A stretch of 64,000 nucleotides of DNA from Eledone cirrhosa (GCA_964016885.1 OZ024750.1:26350001-26414000), one strand, 5' to 3'; positions 30,532-47,374 are shown, counted from the first letter of the stretch. Notes: generated by a model from the letters alone, not told the origin. Program-made: numbers and translations.

Positions 30532-30574
30532 GTAAAAGTTCCTTCGTCACACATTCTGTGACCTCATCAGTGAC
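30532..30574 (-). ncRNA. Degenerate hammerhead (GAAA>GAAG) in a solo PLE terminus at ~30380-30610
   Basis: Reverse complement: gtca-CTGATGA-ggtcacagaatgtgtgac-GAAG-gaac-TT|ttac; relative of 41735-41777. Confidence 0.5.
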
Positions 30575-31129
30575 TGGGGATTCTTTTCTTTGTTTTGTGC
30601 CTCTCCTATATATATATGTCTCTTACTCCACTATATATATATATATATCTTTGTGTTTGTGTGTGTGTGTATGTGTGAGTGTGTGTGCGTGTGTGTGCGT
30701 GCGTGTATACACATGTGTATATGTCATCATTATCATCATTATTTCACGTCCGCATCTGTAAGCAAGTTTTGCGTGAGTTACGTAGAACAAATCAGTAGAG
30801 AAGCGTGTCTTCTGACCAATCAGTCAGGCCAAGGTCACATCGAGTTGTTTTTGACACAAACTGAAGGGTCCAACTCACCCATTGTTTAGTAAGCTTTCTA
30901 CGGCCGTATCCCTTTCTTACTACCAGCTGCTTTTCAGCCTGTACTGATTGCTTTTATTGTGTAGATCAGCAGGACTCAGGAGGTTGTGTTTTTAAACAAC
31001 TAAAGGTTTATCTCAATTCATTTATGTATGGGATCTACAGCGGGTGAACTACTACTCACCAACCACTCTGGAGAGGTTGACCATAAATCAAACTGCAGAA
31101 CCCTTCAAATGTGGAGAAGGGACAATAAG

Positions 31130-32050
31130 GGAGGGAGATAAGTATGAAGTTATAGGTATGTATGGGGGTTTGTTTGGCAGGCCAATGAGTAAGGGGTAGC
31201 AGTTACTGATTAGTGTTTGGGGTGTATTGGTGTGAGGGATGTGGTCAACATGGTGAAAGTTGTGGCGTGATGGAGAGATAGGAAGCGGGTTTAGGGATGA
31301 GTAAGAGTTAGGGATAGCTGATTAGTGTACGAGGAGTGGGGCATGCAGTGAAGGATGTGGTCGATAGAGATTGGGGTTGTGTTAGAGAGATGGGTAAGGG
31401 ATAGTGAGGGATAAGGTTTGCTAATAGTGGTGGAGTGAACAATGGGGAGAGAAAGCAGCTACTATTGGCCAATGGTGAGGATATATAAGGTGTCTAGTGT
31501 TTGAGTGGTTCTCGAGTGTATATGTGTAGTGGATGCCGCATTGGGGAGAACAGATTGGGAAAGTAATCATAGGAGGGAGGGTGTACTTCATGGATGGGTC
31601 AGGTCATATTTTATGATTCTGGTCGGGTTTTCATTAACACAGCATAACGCCAGCCACATTTGCCACATCTCTCGTGAGTCCATCGATTTCATCTGTGCAC
31701 CTTATAGAACTCCTGCCCAGCCTTTTCTGGCATATCGAACACAGCCATCTCCCTGATTGTATCCCCTTCTTGTCCTCTTTCGTGCTTAGCCCTTTTGCCT
31801 CTAATGCGATTAGTTTTAGGCTTTTCAACTCTAAATTCTTGCATGTTTGAAGTTTTGTCCTTTACCATCCTACGGATTCAGTTGAGGTACTCAGTACAGT
31901 TTTGAAATACTCAGTGAAGAACAGTGAAGAACAGTGATAAATAGGAGTGGACTAAGGACTGAGCCCTGGTGGACATCGAACTGCACTTCATCACTCTACT
32001 GGCATCCAGCTTTTTTATACATGGCCATTCTACATGAAAGGTTCTCAACC
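31130..32050 (-). mobile_element. Highly decayed LINE fragment (RTE-like)
   Basis: Reverse complement encodes QGSVLSPLLFITVL (~31930-31970) and SGRWLCSICQKRLGRSSIRCT. Confidence 0.55.
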
Positions 32051-32767
32051 CATTTCTGCCTAACGCCCTCTTTGCCCCTCGAAATCACGAAACGACCCCT
32101 ACCCTACTTTTCCATTTTTCAATATACTACTGACTTTGATATCAGTAGATTACTGGGCCAAATCAAGTTATGTTAGAATCTTTAAAATATACTCGTACGA
32201 ATTAAATACAAAAAGTTTCAGTCCAAAACAAAAGCAAACTATTTCAAATTATATATTTTAGAAAAACAGACGTGAATGTTCTCAAAGATTTGATCTCAGT
32301 CGAAAAAACTTTTTTTTTTTTAATTCTATATTTTACTGTGAGCTGTTGTAATATTTTGAGTGGATAGACAATTCCACAATTCAAACTGTAAAGTCAAAAT
32401 ACAAAAGATGCAAATTATGAAGAATTTCTTACCTTTCTCTGAAATCACAAACTCAGGGGGAAAATAGACCTTGCAAAATAAAATACCTCGTATGAAAATA
32501 AAATACTTAGTAGCAACGAATGAATTGAGAAGCTTGGTGACAGTGAGAAAGAAATATCTGTATTCCCTATATATATATACATAGATAGATACACAAACAC
32601 CCATATCAACGCGCGCGCACACACTCACACAGACACACACATATATACATACACATACACAAACTTCTGTGTGTGTGTGCCTTGGTTTTGGTACAGAGAG
32701 AATTTTGTTTCCAGTTTTTATTGCCAGGTCAAACGCCACTGCTCTTTTCAACGACGCCAAATAACAA

Positions 32768-32807
<40 letters not shown>

Positions 32808-33546
32808 ATAATAATAAAATTGAAGACTAAAATCCAAAGAGGGGTCTCCGAACATTCGTGTATTTATATGTAGGTATGCGTGTGCGCTTGTTATATACGT
32901 ATTTATTTACTTATATACGTTTATATAATTATTTATTTATTTGTACACAAGCATACACACACACACATATTTATATGTGCGTGGTTTTGTATACCTATGG
33001 TAAGGTTTTGCGTATGCTTGTGTATGTACGTATCTGTTTGCGTGTATGTATTTATTTGTTTCTATTACTTCTGTATTGTAATTATTTACTTTGTTCTTAA
33101 CTCTGTAGCGGAGATTCATTTGGTCTCCTAGTTAGAATTTTAGTCTACGACTTCTGCTTACCATTTACGCAATTTTGTCTTTGCGTGCTATTGTTCTCCA
33201 CGTTCCACATTTGACTTATTATCTTCGTTTTTTAGTTCATTGCCAGAGAACGTCTCTATGCACCACCTAAGAGAACATTAGTCTACGACCTCTTTTATAC
33301 CATAAACGTGGTTCTGTCTTTGCGCGTAATTGTTTTTCACCGCTCCTATTAATGACGTATTATTCGTTTTTTCTCGTTCTTTGCCAGCGAACGTTACCAC
33401 GAACCAAAGTATCGTCTTCCTGTCTTCCTCCGTTTGCAACGTTTTTTGAAATATCCAGTTCTGCGTTTACAGATTGACTTTGTTAGTTTCAGAAGATCCC
33501 GTTAAGGGTGAAAGCAGCGATTCTTTGCTTAAACTTTAATCTGTTA

Positions 33547-33621
<75 letters not shown>

Positions 33622-33772
33622 GACGTAAAATAAGAAAATTATAAAAATTATAAAAGTTGTTCTGCATCCCCTTACATTGAACCACAAAGTTACTAAGACA
33701 AAACCTAATATTTGCTAGCATAGGTATGCATCTGTATGCATCTGTATATATATGTTGGTAGATATACTAATT

Positions 33773-33821
<49 letters not shown>

Positions 33822-33944
33822 GAGAGAAAGAGGAAGGGACAGAGAGAGTAAGAAATGTGTGTGTGTCTGTGTTTCGTACACGTCTATCTATCTATCTATC
33901 TATCTATCTAACTTTGGTTATCTATCTATCTATCTATCTATCTA

Positions 33945-35064
33945 ACCGTGGTTGACGATGCGCAAACACGCGCTCAGGCTGCGGCATCTCTACGTATTCC
34001 TCACCGGACAACCGGTGTGGGCCCCGTTCGTGAGGCGAGCCTTCCCACGACTCGTCTCGCTGACCGAGCTGCAGTCCTGGGTCAAGCAGAGACCGAGGAA
34101 AATGGGCGACTGGCACATCGAATGTGCTCAGGCGCTCACAGCCCTCTGGCAGGCGGACCCGGCGATCAGTGGAGACTCCACTTCGTCATTCTATAGAGGG
34201 TTGGTCCGCAGCAAGTGCGACGACGCGCTCGGTGAAACTCTAGGCGTGGAGGAAGATGAACTGGCCAGTCTGTTCGGTAGGACCTTCCGCCCGGGACCGA
34301 TGGACAACTTCCAAAAGTCCCTGGCCTGGCAGTGCTACCGAGGAGCTCTACCAGTTCGAGACAAGCTCTACAGACATGGGCGCCCGGGCAGGGACCCTGC
34401 AAAAAAGATCTGTCCGAGGTGCGTGCGAGACGAAGAAACCGTCGCGCACGCATTCATACACTGCCCGGGCGTCACTGACCTGTGGGGCTATGTGGAACGA
34501 CTATTGTCGCGGGTGGGACCAATCCAGTTGACCACCGAGTCCATTGTCATGATCAAACCGCCACCCTCCTTCAAAAACGAAGGAGAGGCGGTTTTCCTTT
34601 GTGTGATAGCTATGGCGAAAGAGGTTGTATGGTGGACAAGGTTGAAAGGGCTGAGGTCAGACACCTTTCTCTCCGGCCAACAACTGATTCTTTTTTTCAA
34701 ATACCACTTTGGAAGAAGAATCAGGATGGAGAGAGAGGTGCTGTACCCCAGCAAGTTTTATGAAAGGTGGGTGAAAGTGGCGAGAATGGCCCGAGTGAAT
34801 GGGCCTTCTCTCTATATCAGCCTGTAGGTTGAGGAAAAGGAGGAGGAGAGGAAAGGAGTACAAGCTCTTCGTACTCCTGGAGATGAGGGTTGCACATTTT
34901 TTTCGGGGGTCTGTGTTACCCATATAAACTGTCTCCCTCTATTGGGGAAAATCGACTAACTTTTAAATTCCATCTGTGATAACATTTTACACGTTTTTAT
35001 TGTATGTAAACTTCCCCCTTTGTATTTGTCCCCTTCTTTTGTGCCCCTGTGGCTAATAAAGAAA
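33945..35064 (+). mobile_element. 5'-truncated Tx1-clade LINE, copy A, in (TCTA)n
   Basis: ORF 33952-34827 has a zf-RVT-like CPRC...ETVAHAFIHC; (TCTA)n on both sides. Confidence 0.9.
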
Positions 35065-35080
35065 TATATCTATCTATCTA

Positions 35081-35511
35081 ACTTTTAAATTCCATCTGTG
35101 ATAACATTTTACACGTATTTATTGTATGTAAACTTCCCCCTTTGTATTTGTCCCCTTCTTTTGTGCCCCTGTGGCTAATAAAGAAATATATCTATCTATC
35201 TAGAATTTACTGAAAGGTGGGTGAATGAAGTGAAAATGGCCCGAGTGATTGGGCCTTCTCTGTTTATAAGCCTGTAGGTTAAAGAAGAGAGCAAAAGGAA
35301 GAAAGGAGCACTTGCACAACACGCTCCTGGAGTAGAGGGTTGTTCTATCGACGGGGTATTAAACAACCCATTTGTGGCGCCTCCCCCCTATTGGGGATTT
35401 CGCTTGTTGAAATTGTTTGTTTTTATATTTTTTACACGACTGTATGTAAAATCCCGGGCATGTCTTTGTATTGTCCCCTTTTCTTGTTGCGCCCTTGTGG
35501 CAAATATAGAA

Positions 35512-35512
<1 letters not shown>
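35081..35512 (+). mobile_element. Two very short Tx1 3'-end insertions separated by TCTA
   Basis: 35081-35186 repeats the 3' tail of copy A; 35203-35512 matches the 3' end of copy D. Confidence 0.85.
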
Positions 35513-35556
<44 letters not shown>

Positions 35557-38500
35557 ACTACCTGGACTTGGAGAAACCACAGTGGTCAATCTAGATCGTA
35601 CTTAGATAGATTCTTAGTTAGAAGTAAGGATAGGGACATATTAAGCTGTCCAGAAATGCGCACGGTTGGCTATACGGATCACAAATTAGTGACCTGCTTA
35701 GTCTATCTCGAGAAAACATATAAACAGGGTCCCGGTTACTGGAAACTTAATTTGTCTTTACCGGCAAAAGAGACTTACAGAAACCGGATTAGCAGATTAG
35801 TTAAGGAGAGGTTGACGGGCGCAATCGTCAAAAACCGATGGTGGGCATCTCTCAAAAGAGAGATTAGAACAGAATCAATAAGTTATAGCAAGATGTTAGC
35901 TGCCGATAGGAATAGAAACGAGAAAGAATTAACAGGTAAATTAGAAGAGGCAATCAAGAGCGAAGATGTGGCCAGAGTGCTGGCAACGAGGACGGCCTTG
36001 AACCAGTTTTTCGATGCAAAGCACGAAGGCTGCGTCATTCGAAGTAAAATACGTGCTCTAGGTAATGAGGGGGCCAAAGCCGTTGGCTGGGCCCGCGTGA
36101 CTGAAGCTAACAGTGGAAATCAATCCACCATCCGGTCGTTGCAAGACGAAGATGGACGGGTGATCCGGGAGCCTAAGCAGATGTGCGAGGCCTTTCAAAG
36201 GCACTTTGCCCGATTATTCCGGGGAGGCGAGGGTCCGGGCGGGGACGTGGATTTCGGTCCATACCTCGACGGCCTGCCGCGTCTCTCGAGCGAAGAGACA
36301 GAGTCCTGCGAGGGACCAATCTCGGCTGATGAGATCGGAGATGCGCTAAGCCAATGCAGCAGACGCAAATCTCCAGGTCTCGATGGTATACCTTACGAAC
36401 TTTATTTAGCAATGCCGGTCTTCTTCTCCGAACTCCTCGAAGCGGTCTACTGCAATTGGCAGCAGAACGGGAGAATTCCTTGTTCTGTAGCCAAGGGCGT
36501 AGTCTCGCTGGTGAGGAAGGACGAGAACAAGGGGGATAGTATAAGTAATTTTCGGCCCATAACCCTGCTAAACACAGAGTTAAAGATTCTGGCCAAGGTG
36601 TTAGCAAAGAGGTTGGCGCTTGTCGTGGGTAGCCTGGTGGGAGATGCGCAGACATGTGCTATCCCATCCAGGTCCATTCACGATAACCTCCACCTCATGC
36701 GATACATCATAGAGAGGGTTGGCAACAAACCCGGCTTCCGTGGGGCCCTGCTCAACTTGCATCAGTCTAAGGCCTTCGATAGGGTCGACCATGGTTACCT
36801 GGATGCAGTGCTAGCGGCGGCTGGGTTCGGTCCTGTTTTCAGAGGCTGGATCACTGCCTTACATAGCAACCACATCTGTTCTAGGATCAAGGTGAACGGC
36901 TACCTTTCGAAGCCGTTCGAAATCACACGATCCATTCGACAGGGGTGCCCTCTCTCCTCCCTTCTGTACGTATTGACTCTCGAGCCTTTACTGAGGAAGT
37001 TAGAGTTGTTGCCGGGTATCCCCCTGGAACCAGGATTGAGCAAAGCGGTGTCGGCCTACGCCGATGACGTAACAGTAATGGTATCGACCGATTCGGAGAT
37101 CGAGGCGATCGGTACCTTACTGGAGGATTACGAAAGGTTGTCAGGAGCGAAACTGAACCGGGAAAAATCCATCGGGCTGCAACTCGGAACATGGAGAGGC
37201 AGACCGATGCCTCCCGACGGTGTCGTCGGACACTGGACGGAGGGCCCGGTAAAGTTGCTTGGGGTCTGGTTTGGACCGGACCTCCAGGTGGAAAAGAACT
37301 GGGACGAAGTTACGAACAAGGTGTTTGCACTAACCCAGAAATGGGCCAAGTGTAAGCTGTCCCTAAAAGGCGGGGCGGAGGTGGCGAACATTTACATAGC
37401 GTCCGTCACTTACTACCGCCTAACTGTCGTGCCTTGCCCTAAGGAAACACTGACCACCATGGAACGCATGCTCTTCCAATTTCTTTGGAAGAAGCGCCCT
37501 CCTATGGTGAGAAGATCCATCTGCTGCCAACAACCTTCGAAAGGAGGGCTGGGGATGCCGTGGTTGATGATGCGTAGGCACGCATTAAGGCTACGGCACC
37601 TACAGGTATTCCTCACTGGTCAACCGGTGTGGGGCTCCGTTCGTGAAACGAGCCTTTCCGAGACTCGTCTCGCTCACCGAGCTGCAGTCCTGGGTCAAGC
37701 AAAGATCCGGAAAAATGGGAGACTGGCACACTGAGTGTGCTCAGGCGCTCAGAGCTCTCTGGCAAGCGGGCCAGGCCATCGGTGGAGAATGCACCTCATC
37801 ATTCTATAGAGGGCTGGTGGCTAGCAGGGGCGATGACACCCTTGGAGAGTCGCTGGACATGGAAGCGGACGAACTGGCCAGCCTGTTCGGTAGGACTTTC
37901 GGCCCGGGACCAATGGACAACTTCCAGAAGTCACTAGCCTGGCAGTGCTACCGGGGGGCTCTACCCGTTCGAGAGAGGCTCTACAGACACGGGCGCCCGG
38001 GCAGGGATCCCTCAAAAAAGATTTGCCCTAGATGCGTGCGTCACGAAGAAACCGTTGCGCACGCATTGGTGCAATGTCCGGGCGTGGCTGATCTGTGGGG
38101 CTACGCCGAACGACTGCTGTCGCGGGTGGCGCCGATTCAATTGACCGCCGAGTCCGTGATGACAATCAAACCGCCTCCCCTCTTCACAAAGGAAGCAAAG
38201 GCGGTTTTTCTGTGCGTAATAGCCATGTTGAAAGAGGTTGTTTGGTGGACACGATTGAAAGGTCTGAGGTCAGGCAACTTCCTCTCTGGCCATAGTCTGG
38301 TCTACTTCTTCCGATATCACTTCGGAAGAAGGATAAGAATGGAGAGAGAGGTGCTTGGCCACAGGCAGTTTTATGAAAGGTGGGTGATAGTGGCGAGAAT
38401 GGCTCGTGTAAATGGGCCTTCTCTGTATACCATCCTGTAGGTAAAGAAGTAAAGGAGAGGGGAGCACCTTCTCCATGTGCTCCCCGGGAAAAGGATTGCA

Positions 38501-38654
38501 CACTTTTTCGGGGGTGTGTGCAACCCCCATCACGTCCCCTCCCTTTTGAGGTTATTTTCGATTATTTTCATGTTACACCCTTTTTACTCGATTATATGTA
38601 AACTCCCCCTTTGTATTTGTCCCTTCTTTTTATGCCTTTATGGTAAATAAAGAA

Positions 38655-38655
<1 letters not shown>
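35557..38655 (+). mobile_element. Tx1-clade LINE, copy C (APE C-terminus, RT, zinc finger; one frameshift near 37635)
   Basis: SYLDRF, TDHKLV, GYWKLN, KSPGLDG, FRPITLLN, KAFDRVDH, RQGCPLS, AYADDV, GGLGMP. Confidence 0.92.
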
Positions 38656-38707
<52 letters not shown>

Positions 38708-38708
<1 letters not shown>

Positions 38709-39879
38709 ATGTGGAAGAAGCAGGCTCCGCTGGTGAGGATATCCGTCTGCTGTCAGCACCCTTCCAATGGAGGGCTTGGAATGCCGTGGCTGATGATGCG
38801 CAAATATGCGCTGAGGCTGCGGCATCTCCAGGTATTCCTCACCGACCCCCAACCGGTGTGGGCACACAGCTCGTCTCGCTAACGGAGCTGCAGTCCTGGA
38901 TCAAGAAAAGACCGAAGACGATGGGCGCCTGGCACATTGAATGCGCTCAGGCGCTCACAGTCCTCTGGCAAGCGGGCGCAGCTTTCAGTGGAGACTCCAC
39001 TTCGACATTCTATAGAGGGATTGTACGTTACAAGGGCGACGACGTGCTCGAAGAGACTCTGGGCGTCGAAGACGATGAGCTCACCAGTCTGTTTGGTAGG
39101 ACTTTCCGCCCGGTACCTATGGACAACTTCTAGAGGTCCCTGGCCTGGCAGTGCTACCGAGGAGCTCTACCGGTTCGTGACAAGATCTACAGGCACGAAC
39201 GCACCGACAGGGATCCTTCCAATAGGACGTGTCCAAGATGCGCGCAGGACATTGAAACAGTCCTGCACGCAATTGTACACTGCCCGGGCGTAAGCCACCT
39301 GTGGAACTATGCAGAACAACTGCTGTTGCGTATGGGACAAATCCAGTTGATTGCGCAGTCTATAGTAAGGATCAAACCGCCAGTCTCTTTCAAAAACGAA
39401 AGAGAGGCGGTTTTCCTCTGTACGGTGGCTATGGTGAAAGAAGTTATATGGTGGACGAGGTTGAGAGGACTGAGGACAGATGCCTTTCTCTCCGGACAAC
39501 AATTGATTCCCTTCTTTAAGTATCACTTTAGAAGGAGAATCATGGTGGAGAGAGAAGCACTGCACCCCAGTAAAGTTACTGAAAGGTGGGTGATTGAAGC
39601 GAAAATGGCCCGAGTGATTGGGCCTTCTCTGTTTATAAGCCTGTAGGTTGAAGAAAAGAGCAAAAGGAAGAAAGGGGCACTTGCACAACACGCTCCTGGA
39701 GTTGAGGGTTGTTCTATCGACGGGGTATTTAACAACCCATTTGTGGCGCCTCCCCCCTACTGGGGATTTCGATTGTTGTAATTGTTTGTTTTTATATTTT
39801 TTACACGACTGTATGTAAAATCCCGGGCATGTCTTTGTATTGTCCCCTTTTCTTGTGCGCCCTTGTGGCTAATAAAGAA

Positions 39880-39880
<1 letters not shown>
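38708..39880 (+). mobile_element. 5'-truncated Tx1-clade LINE, copy D, with stops and frameshifts
   Basis: GGLGMPWLMMR... through ARVIGPSLFISL; flanked by (TCTA)n. Confidence 0.9.
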
Positions 39881-39923
<43 letters not shown>

Positions 39924-40016
39924 CCAACAGAGAGCTCAAACATTCGGCCCGCGAACTACTTTTCTGTGGCCCGTGGTAGAACCAATATTTCATATTGCAT
40001 TATAACTGGTGAAAAT

Positions 40017-40235
40017 AAGGCGGTGAGCTGGTGGAATCGTTAGCACATCTGGCGAAATGCTTAGCGGTACTTCTTCCGTGTTTACGTTCTGAGTTCAAAT
40101 TCCGCCGATCTCAACTTTGCCTTTCCTCCTTTTGGGATCAATGAATTAAGTACCAGTTGTGAACTAGGAGCGATGTAATCGACTGAACCCTAAACGCCAA
40201 ATTTCATTTCTTGTTCCCATAGTAGAAATGATTAT
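40017..40235 (+). mobile_element. tRNA-derived SINE
   Basis: ggcggtgagctggtggaatcgttagc (box A-like), gagttcaaattcc (box B-like), ctttgcctttc..taagtaccag core. Confidence 0.75.
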
Positions 40236-40379
40236 AACAGGTGAAAATCTTCACCCACCACCACGTTTGGCACACTGTGCCTCAACCCCAGGACGTAATG
40301 GCCCTTTTGTGTCCTTGAGTTTGAGACCCCTCTTCTACACACACACATATATCTACTTTACTTTTTTCTGTCTCTGGAC

Positions 40380-40535
40380 TACGCCCGTGCTGGAGCATCA
40401 CCTTCGTAAGTTATGGGGACATCAAGAAACCAACAAGCATTGGTGGGAGGGCAAACACAAACGCAAAGACACACACAGACATACATACATATATACGACG
40501 GGCTTCTTTTAGTTTCGGTCTATCAAATCCACTCA
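40380..40535 (+). mobile_element. Fragment of a second SINE-like family
   Basis: ggacacaaac-like segment followed by atacgacgggcttct..agtttc..tcta.caaatccactcaca. Recognised from memory of cephalopod repeats; not verified. Confidence 0.45.
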
Positions 40536-40637
40536 CAGTGGGACTGAACCCGGAAATATATGGCCGGGAAGCAAGCTTCTTGTCACACTGCGCATATGTA
40601 TATATATATATATATATATAAATATATATATATATAC

Positions 40638-40691
<54 letters not shown>

Positions 40692-41110
40692 TATATGTAT
40701 TATACACACACACACATACACACACACACATATATATATCCTTACACACTTAAATATAAATGCATGTATATATACAAATGTATAAATGCATAGCTATATA
40801 CATACGTAAATGTATGTATATATGTATGTATGTATGTCGATTTATATATATCTATATATGTAGATTTATATATTCTCTTCGTTCACGATTTCACCGAACT
40901 TATATTCATGGAATTCTGGGACTTGACTCTTTCTTCCTCACTTTTCGTTGCTTTACCATCTTTGTTTGTTTACGCTCTCGCTCGTTTCTCTTATTTACGT
41001 GTCCCAACGACATTCTTTAGCCGTTGCTCGGACCAACCAGAGGTATATGGTCTTTAAAGCGATGAAATACCAATGATGGTTGGAAGATCACTGATGAAGG
41101 ACTAACTTTA

Positions 41111-41163
<53 letters not shown>

Positions 41164-41346
41164 ATAATAATAAATTTGAAGACTAAATTCCAAAGAGGGC
41201 TCGATAAGGATATATATATATCAAATATATAAGAACAGTAGAGCAAATATTTATTAAAATAACAGATTAAAGTTTAAGCAAAGAATCGCTGCTTAAGGGT
41301 GAAAGCAGCGATTCTTTGCTTAAACTTTAATCTGTTATTTTAATAA

Positions 41347-41383
<37 letters not shown>

Positions 41384-41387
41384 TATA

Positions 41388-44375
<2,988 letters not shown>

Positions 44376-44734
44376 TGATGGTCAACTTCCTTCGGACCTG
44401 CGCCTGCGCAGACCGGTGTGGGTGAATTGGTACTCACAAGGGAAACGGACGAAGAACCCAAGAGCACACACTTAGTCCGTTTCCATGTCGATTCAATTTA
44501 GATTGCCTCGGAAACATAACCTTATTATGTAACAAGGTGTCTGACGATGTTGCGGCACTGGCGCACGGAAAAGAGTACCCACGGTCGCCATTGAAATATG
44601 TATCACAGCATTATTATTAAAGGACTTTAACATCTGAAACTACTTATTCGATATTTACCCCGTCACTCCTATGGGGAATAAGTACCTTGAGTGCTTCAAT
44701 CGAATTGCATCTATATTTACCTTAAGTATGTATG

Positions 44735-44790
<56 letters not shown>

Positions 44791-44923
44791 AATGTAATAT
44801 GAGTTTTTTCGAATATTAATAGCATTCGATTCGCTTGCAATTATGCAAACAAGCCTGAATTTTATAGCCATGTCAGTAGAATGAACACTTCATTCTTGCT
44901 CCTGTGTTGGCATGCGAAGAGAA

Positions 44924-44967
44924 CTGCAGACACTGATGTTTCTGGGTATCACCCTTCATCAGTACAG
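44924..44967 (-). ncRNA. Hammerhead ribozyme in the EGF-exon cassette (best-preserved copy)
   Basis: Reverse complement: ctgta-CTGATGA-a gggt gat accc a-GAAA-ca tcag t-GTC|tgcag. 3-bp helix III and GUC triplet. Confidence 0.8.
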
Positions 44968-45406
44968 CCCAATATTCTCCTGCAAAACCGGCACAGCCAA
45001 TGAAAATATATGCTATTTTCTAAAATACACAGTGACTCATCGGCTTGATTTGCATATCACCAGACTGGCTGATCAGTCAGATCTGCATATTAGCCAGATT
45101 TGCATATCAGCAGACTGGCCTGTCAGTTTCCTGTATACGAGCGAAAAATGGCCAACTTTGCCAAATTTAAATAAAAGACACAATTTATATATACAAATAT
45201 ATACACAACAAAGCCTGCAGCTCCATTTTCCTTCGCTGTCTTCTCTCCCTCTCTCTATGTCCCTCTTTCAATCTACTCTCTTACCACCACAATCTCTTTC
45301 TCTCTATCATTCACTCTCTCTTGTGTGTGTGGGTGTGTATGTGCATGTGTGTGTGTGTGTGTGTGTCAATATGATGTTTAATATAGAAATCTTATATATA
45401 TTTCAG

Positions 45407-45538
45407 AATGCCCAGTAGGAAAGTTTGGTGTTGATTGTAAAGAGACATGCCATTGTATCAACAACACAAACTGTGACCATCGAAATGGAAGTTGTTCAGA
45501 TGGATGTACTTCAGGTTATATTGGTGACAATTGCCAAG
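45407..45538 (+). CDS. Laminin-type EGF exon, phase 1-1
   Basis: ECPVGKFGVDCKETCHCINNTNCDHRNGSCSDGCTSGYIGDNCQ; tttcag / gtacat; 132 nt. Confidence 0.9.
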
Positions 45539-45707
45539 GTACATCATGAACTTGTTACATAATTACTATAATTACTATATACACACACAAATATATGCGT
45601 ATGCGTGGGCGTTTGTGTGTAGGGTGGGTGAAGGTTTGTGCATGCATGTGTTTCTGTGTGTGTGTGTAAATATGATATTTAATATAGAAATCTTATATAT
45701 ATTTCAG

Positions 45708-45842
45708 ATTGCCCAGTAGGATGGTTTGGCATTAATTGTAACGGAACATGCCATTGTAACGAGAACATTAACTGTGACATGGTATATGGAAGATGTTCAG
45801 ATGGATGTACTGCAGGTTATGTTGGTGTCAATTGCCAAGAAG
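45708..45842 (+). CDS. Laminin-type EGF exon, phase 1-1
   Basis: DCPVGWFGINCNGTCHCNENINCDMVYGRCSDGCTAGYVGVNCQE; tttcag / gtatat; 135 nt. Confidence 0.9.
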
Positions 45843-45959
45843 GTATATGATAAACTTGTTACGTATTTACTATACACACACACACACAACACACACACAC
45901 GCTTACACACATACACTCACACATACACACACATCCACACATGCACACACTCACACACA

Positions 45960-46004
<45 letters not shown>

Positions 46005-46191
46005 ATATATCTGTATATGTTTGAGTGTGTATGTGTGTGTTTGTGCATGTGTTTGTGTGTGTGTGTGTGGAAATATGATGTTTAATATGGAAATAGCTTC
46101 TACAGGGCTAGAATAGATCCATCCAAAGAAATCATCAGGAAACGGCTTTCCTGGTGATTACTTTTGAATGAAATAGTCCTAATAGTTCTAA

Positions 46192-46329
<138 letters not shown>

Positions 46330-46453
46330 TATTTAGAACTATTAGAACTATTTCATTCAAAAGTAATCACCAGGATAGCCGTTTCCTGATGATTTCTTTG
46401 GATGGATCTATTCTAGCCCTGTAGAAGCGATTTCTATATTAAACATAATATTT

Positions 46454-46589
<136 letters not shown>

Positions 46590-46725
46590 CTGTAGGTGTT
46601 GTATTTAATTTGTTGGAATTCCGACAGACATATATGTTTATAACTGATATAGAACACTCAACAATTTACTGGAGTAAATATTCCAAGATAATATTAAATG
46701 GAAACTATATTTATAAAACCATATT

Positions 46726-46790
46726 TACTTTATTATATAAATTTTAAGGGCGACCAAGCAATTCTTGGTGCGCTTTCATCAGATAAAATA
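46726..46790 (-). ncRNA. Inactivated hammerhead (GAAA>AAAA), paralog of 6922-6986
   Basis: Reverse complement: tattttat-CTGATGA-...cgccctt-AAAA-TTTATA-TA|ataaagta. Confidence 0.55.
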
Positions 46791-47374
46791 CAAAATTAGT
46801 TTTATAAATAATGACATACCCATGGAAATCACACCTTATCGGTCCGAAATTCGCTGGATAGTGGAAACGTGTTAGGGGTAATTCAAAGTTATGTGTAAAT
46901 AGGCAAAAGAATGTATGAAAAAGTGAAAAAACAACCGTTTATTTCAATTACGCTGGGGGAGGATGAGAAGAAAGAGCGAAAAAATTACTGTTATGAGATA
47001 TATAGAGAAATAGATAGAAGAGAGAAATTTAACAGAGGATGAACTTATATAACGTAAATAAGTCTTAAGTTTATATTAAAATTACGTATATTTGGTAATT
47101 ATTTTGTTGTTAGAATTCTAATATAATACAATATAATATATTAGTTTTATAGGTATAAATAAAAATAGATATATATAAAAAATAGATATATAGAAAAATA
47201 ATAGTAATTGCGAAATAAATAGAAAAAGAAAATCAATAAAAACCTCTTACTACCAATTCGTCAGTTGGTAGTAAGAGGTTAAAGGTTCGATTTGCACTTG
47301 TAGTGCGAAAACCTATCTTTGAAACTGGCTTTTTTAACCACGAACTGGATCACAATAAGCAATTTTCTGCTTCC

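Noticed and set aside
33485-33530. CAGAAGA-t ccc gttaa ggg t-GAAA (also ~50790-50825 on minus)
   Set aside because: U4A core change and no clear helix I or UH; at most a relic.
35374-35556. N-terminus of the 786-aa ORF
   Set aside because: Read-through of a Tx1 3' UTR and (TCTA)n; the real element starts at ~35557 and is 5'-truncated.
40017-40110. tRNA gene
   Set aside because: Box A/B-like motifs but no cloverleaf; it continues into a SINE body.
44536-44585. CTGACGA-tgttgcg...cgcacg-GAAA
   Set aside because: Helix II is plausible but helix I does not pair; not called.
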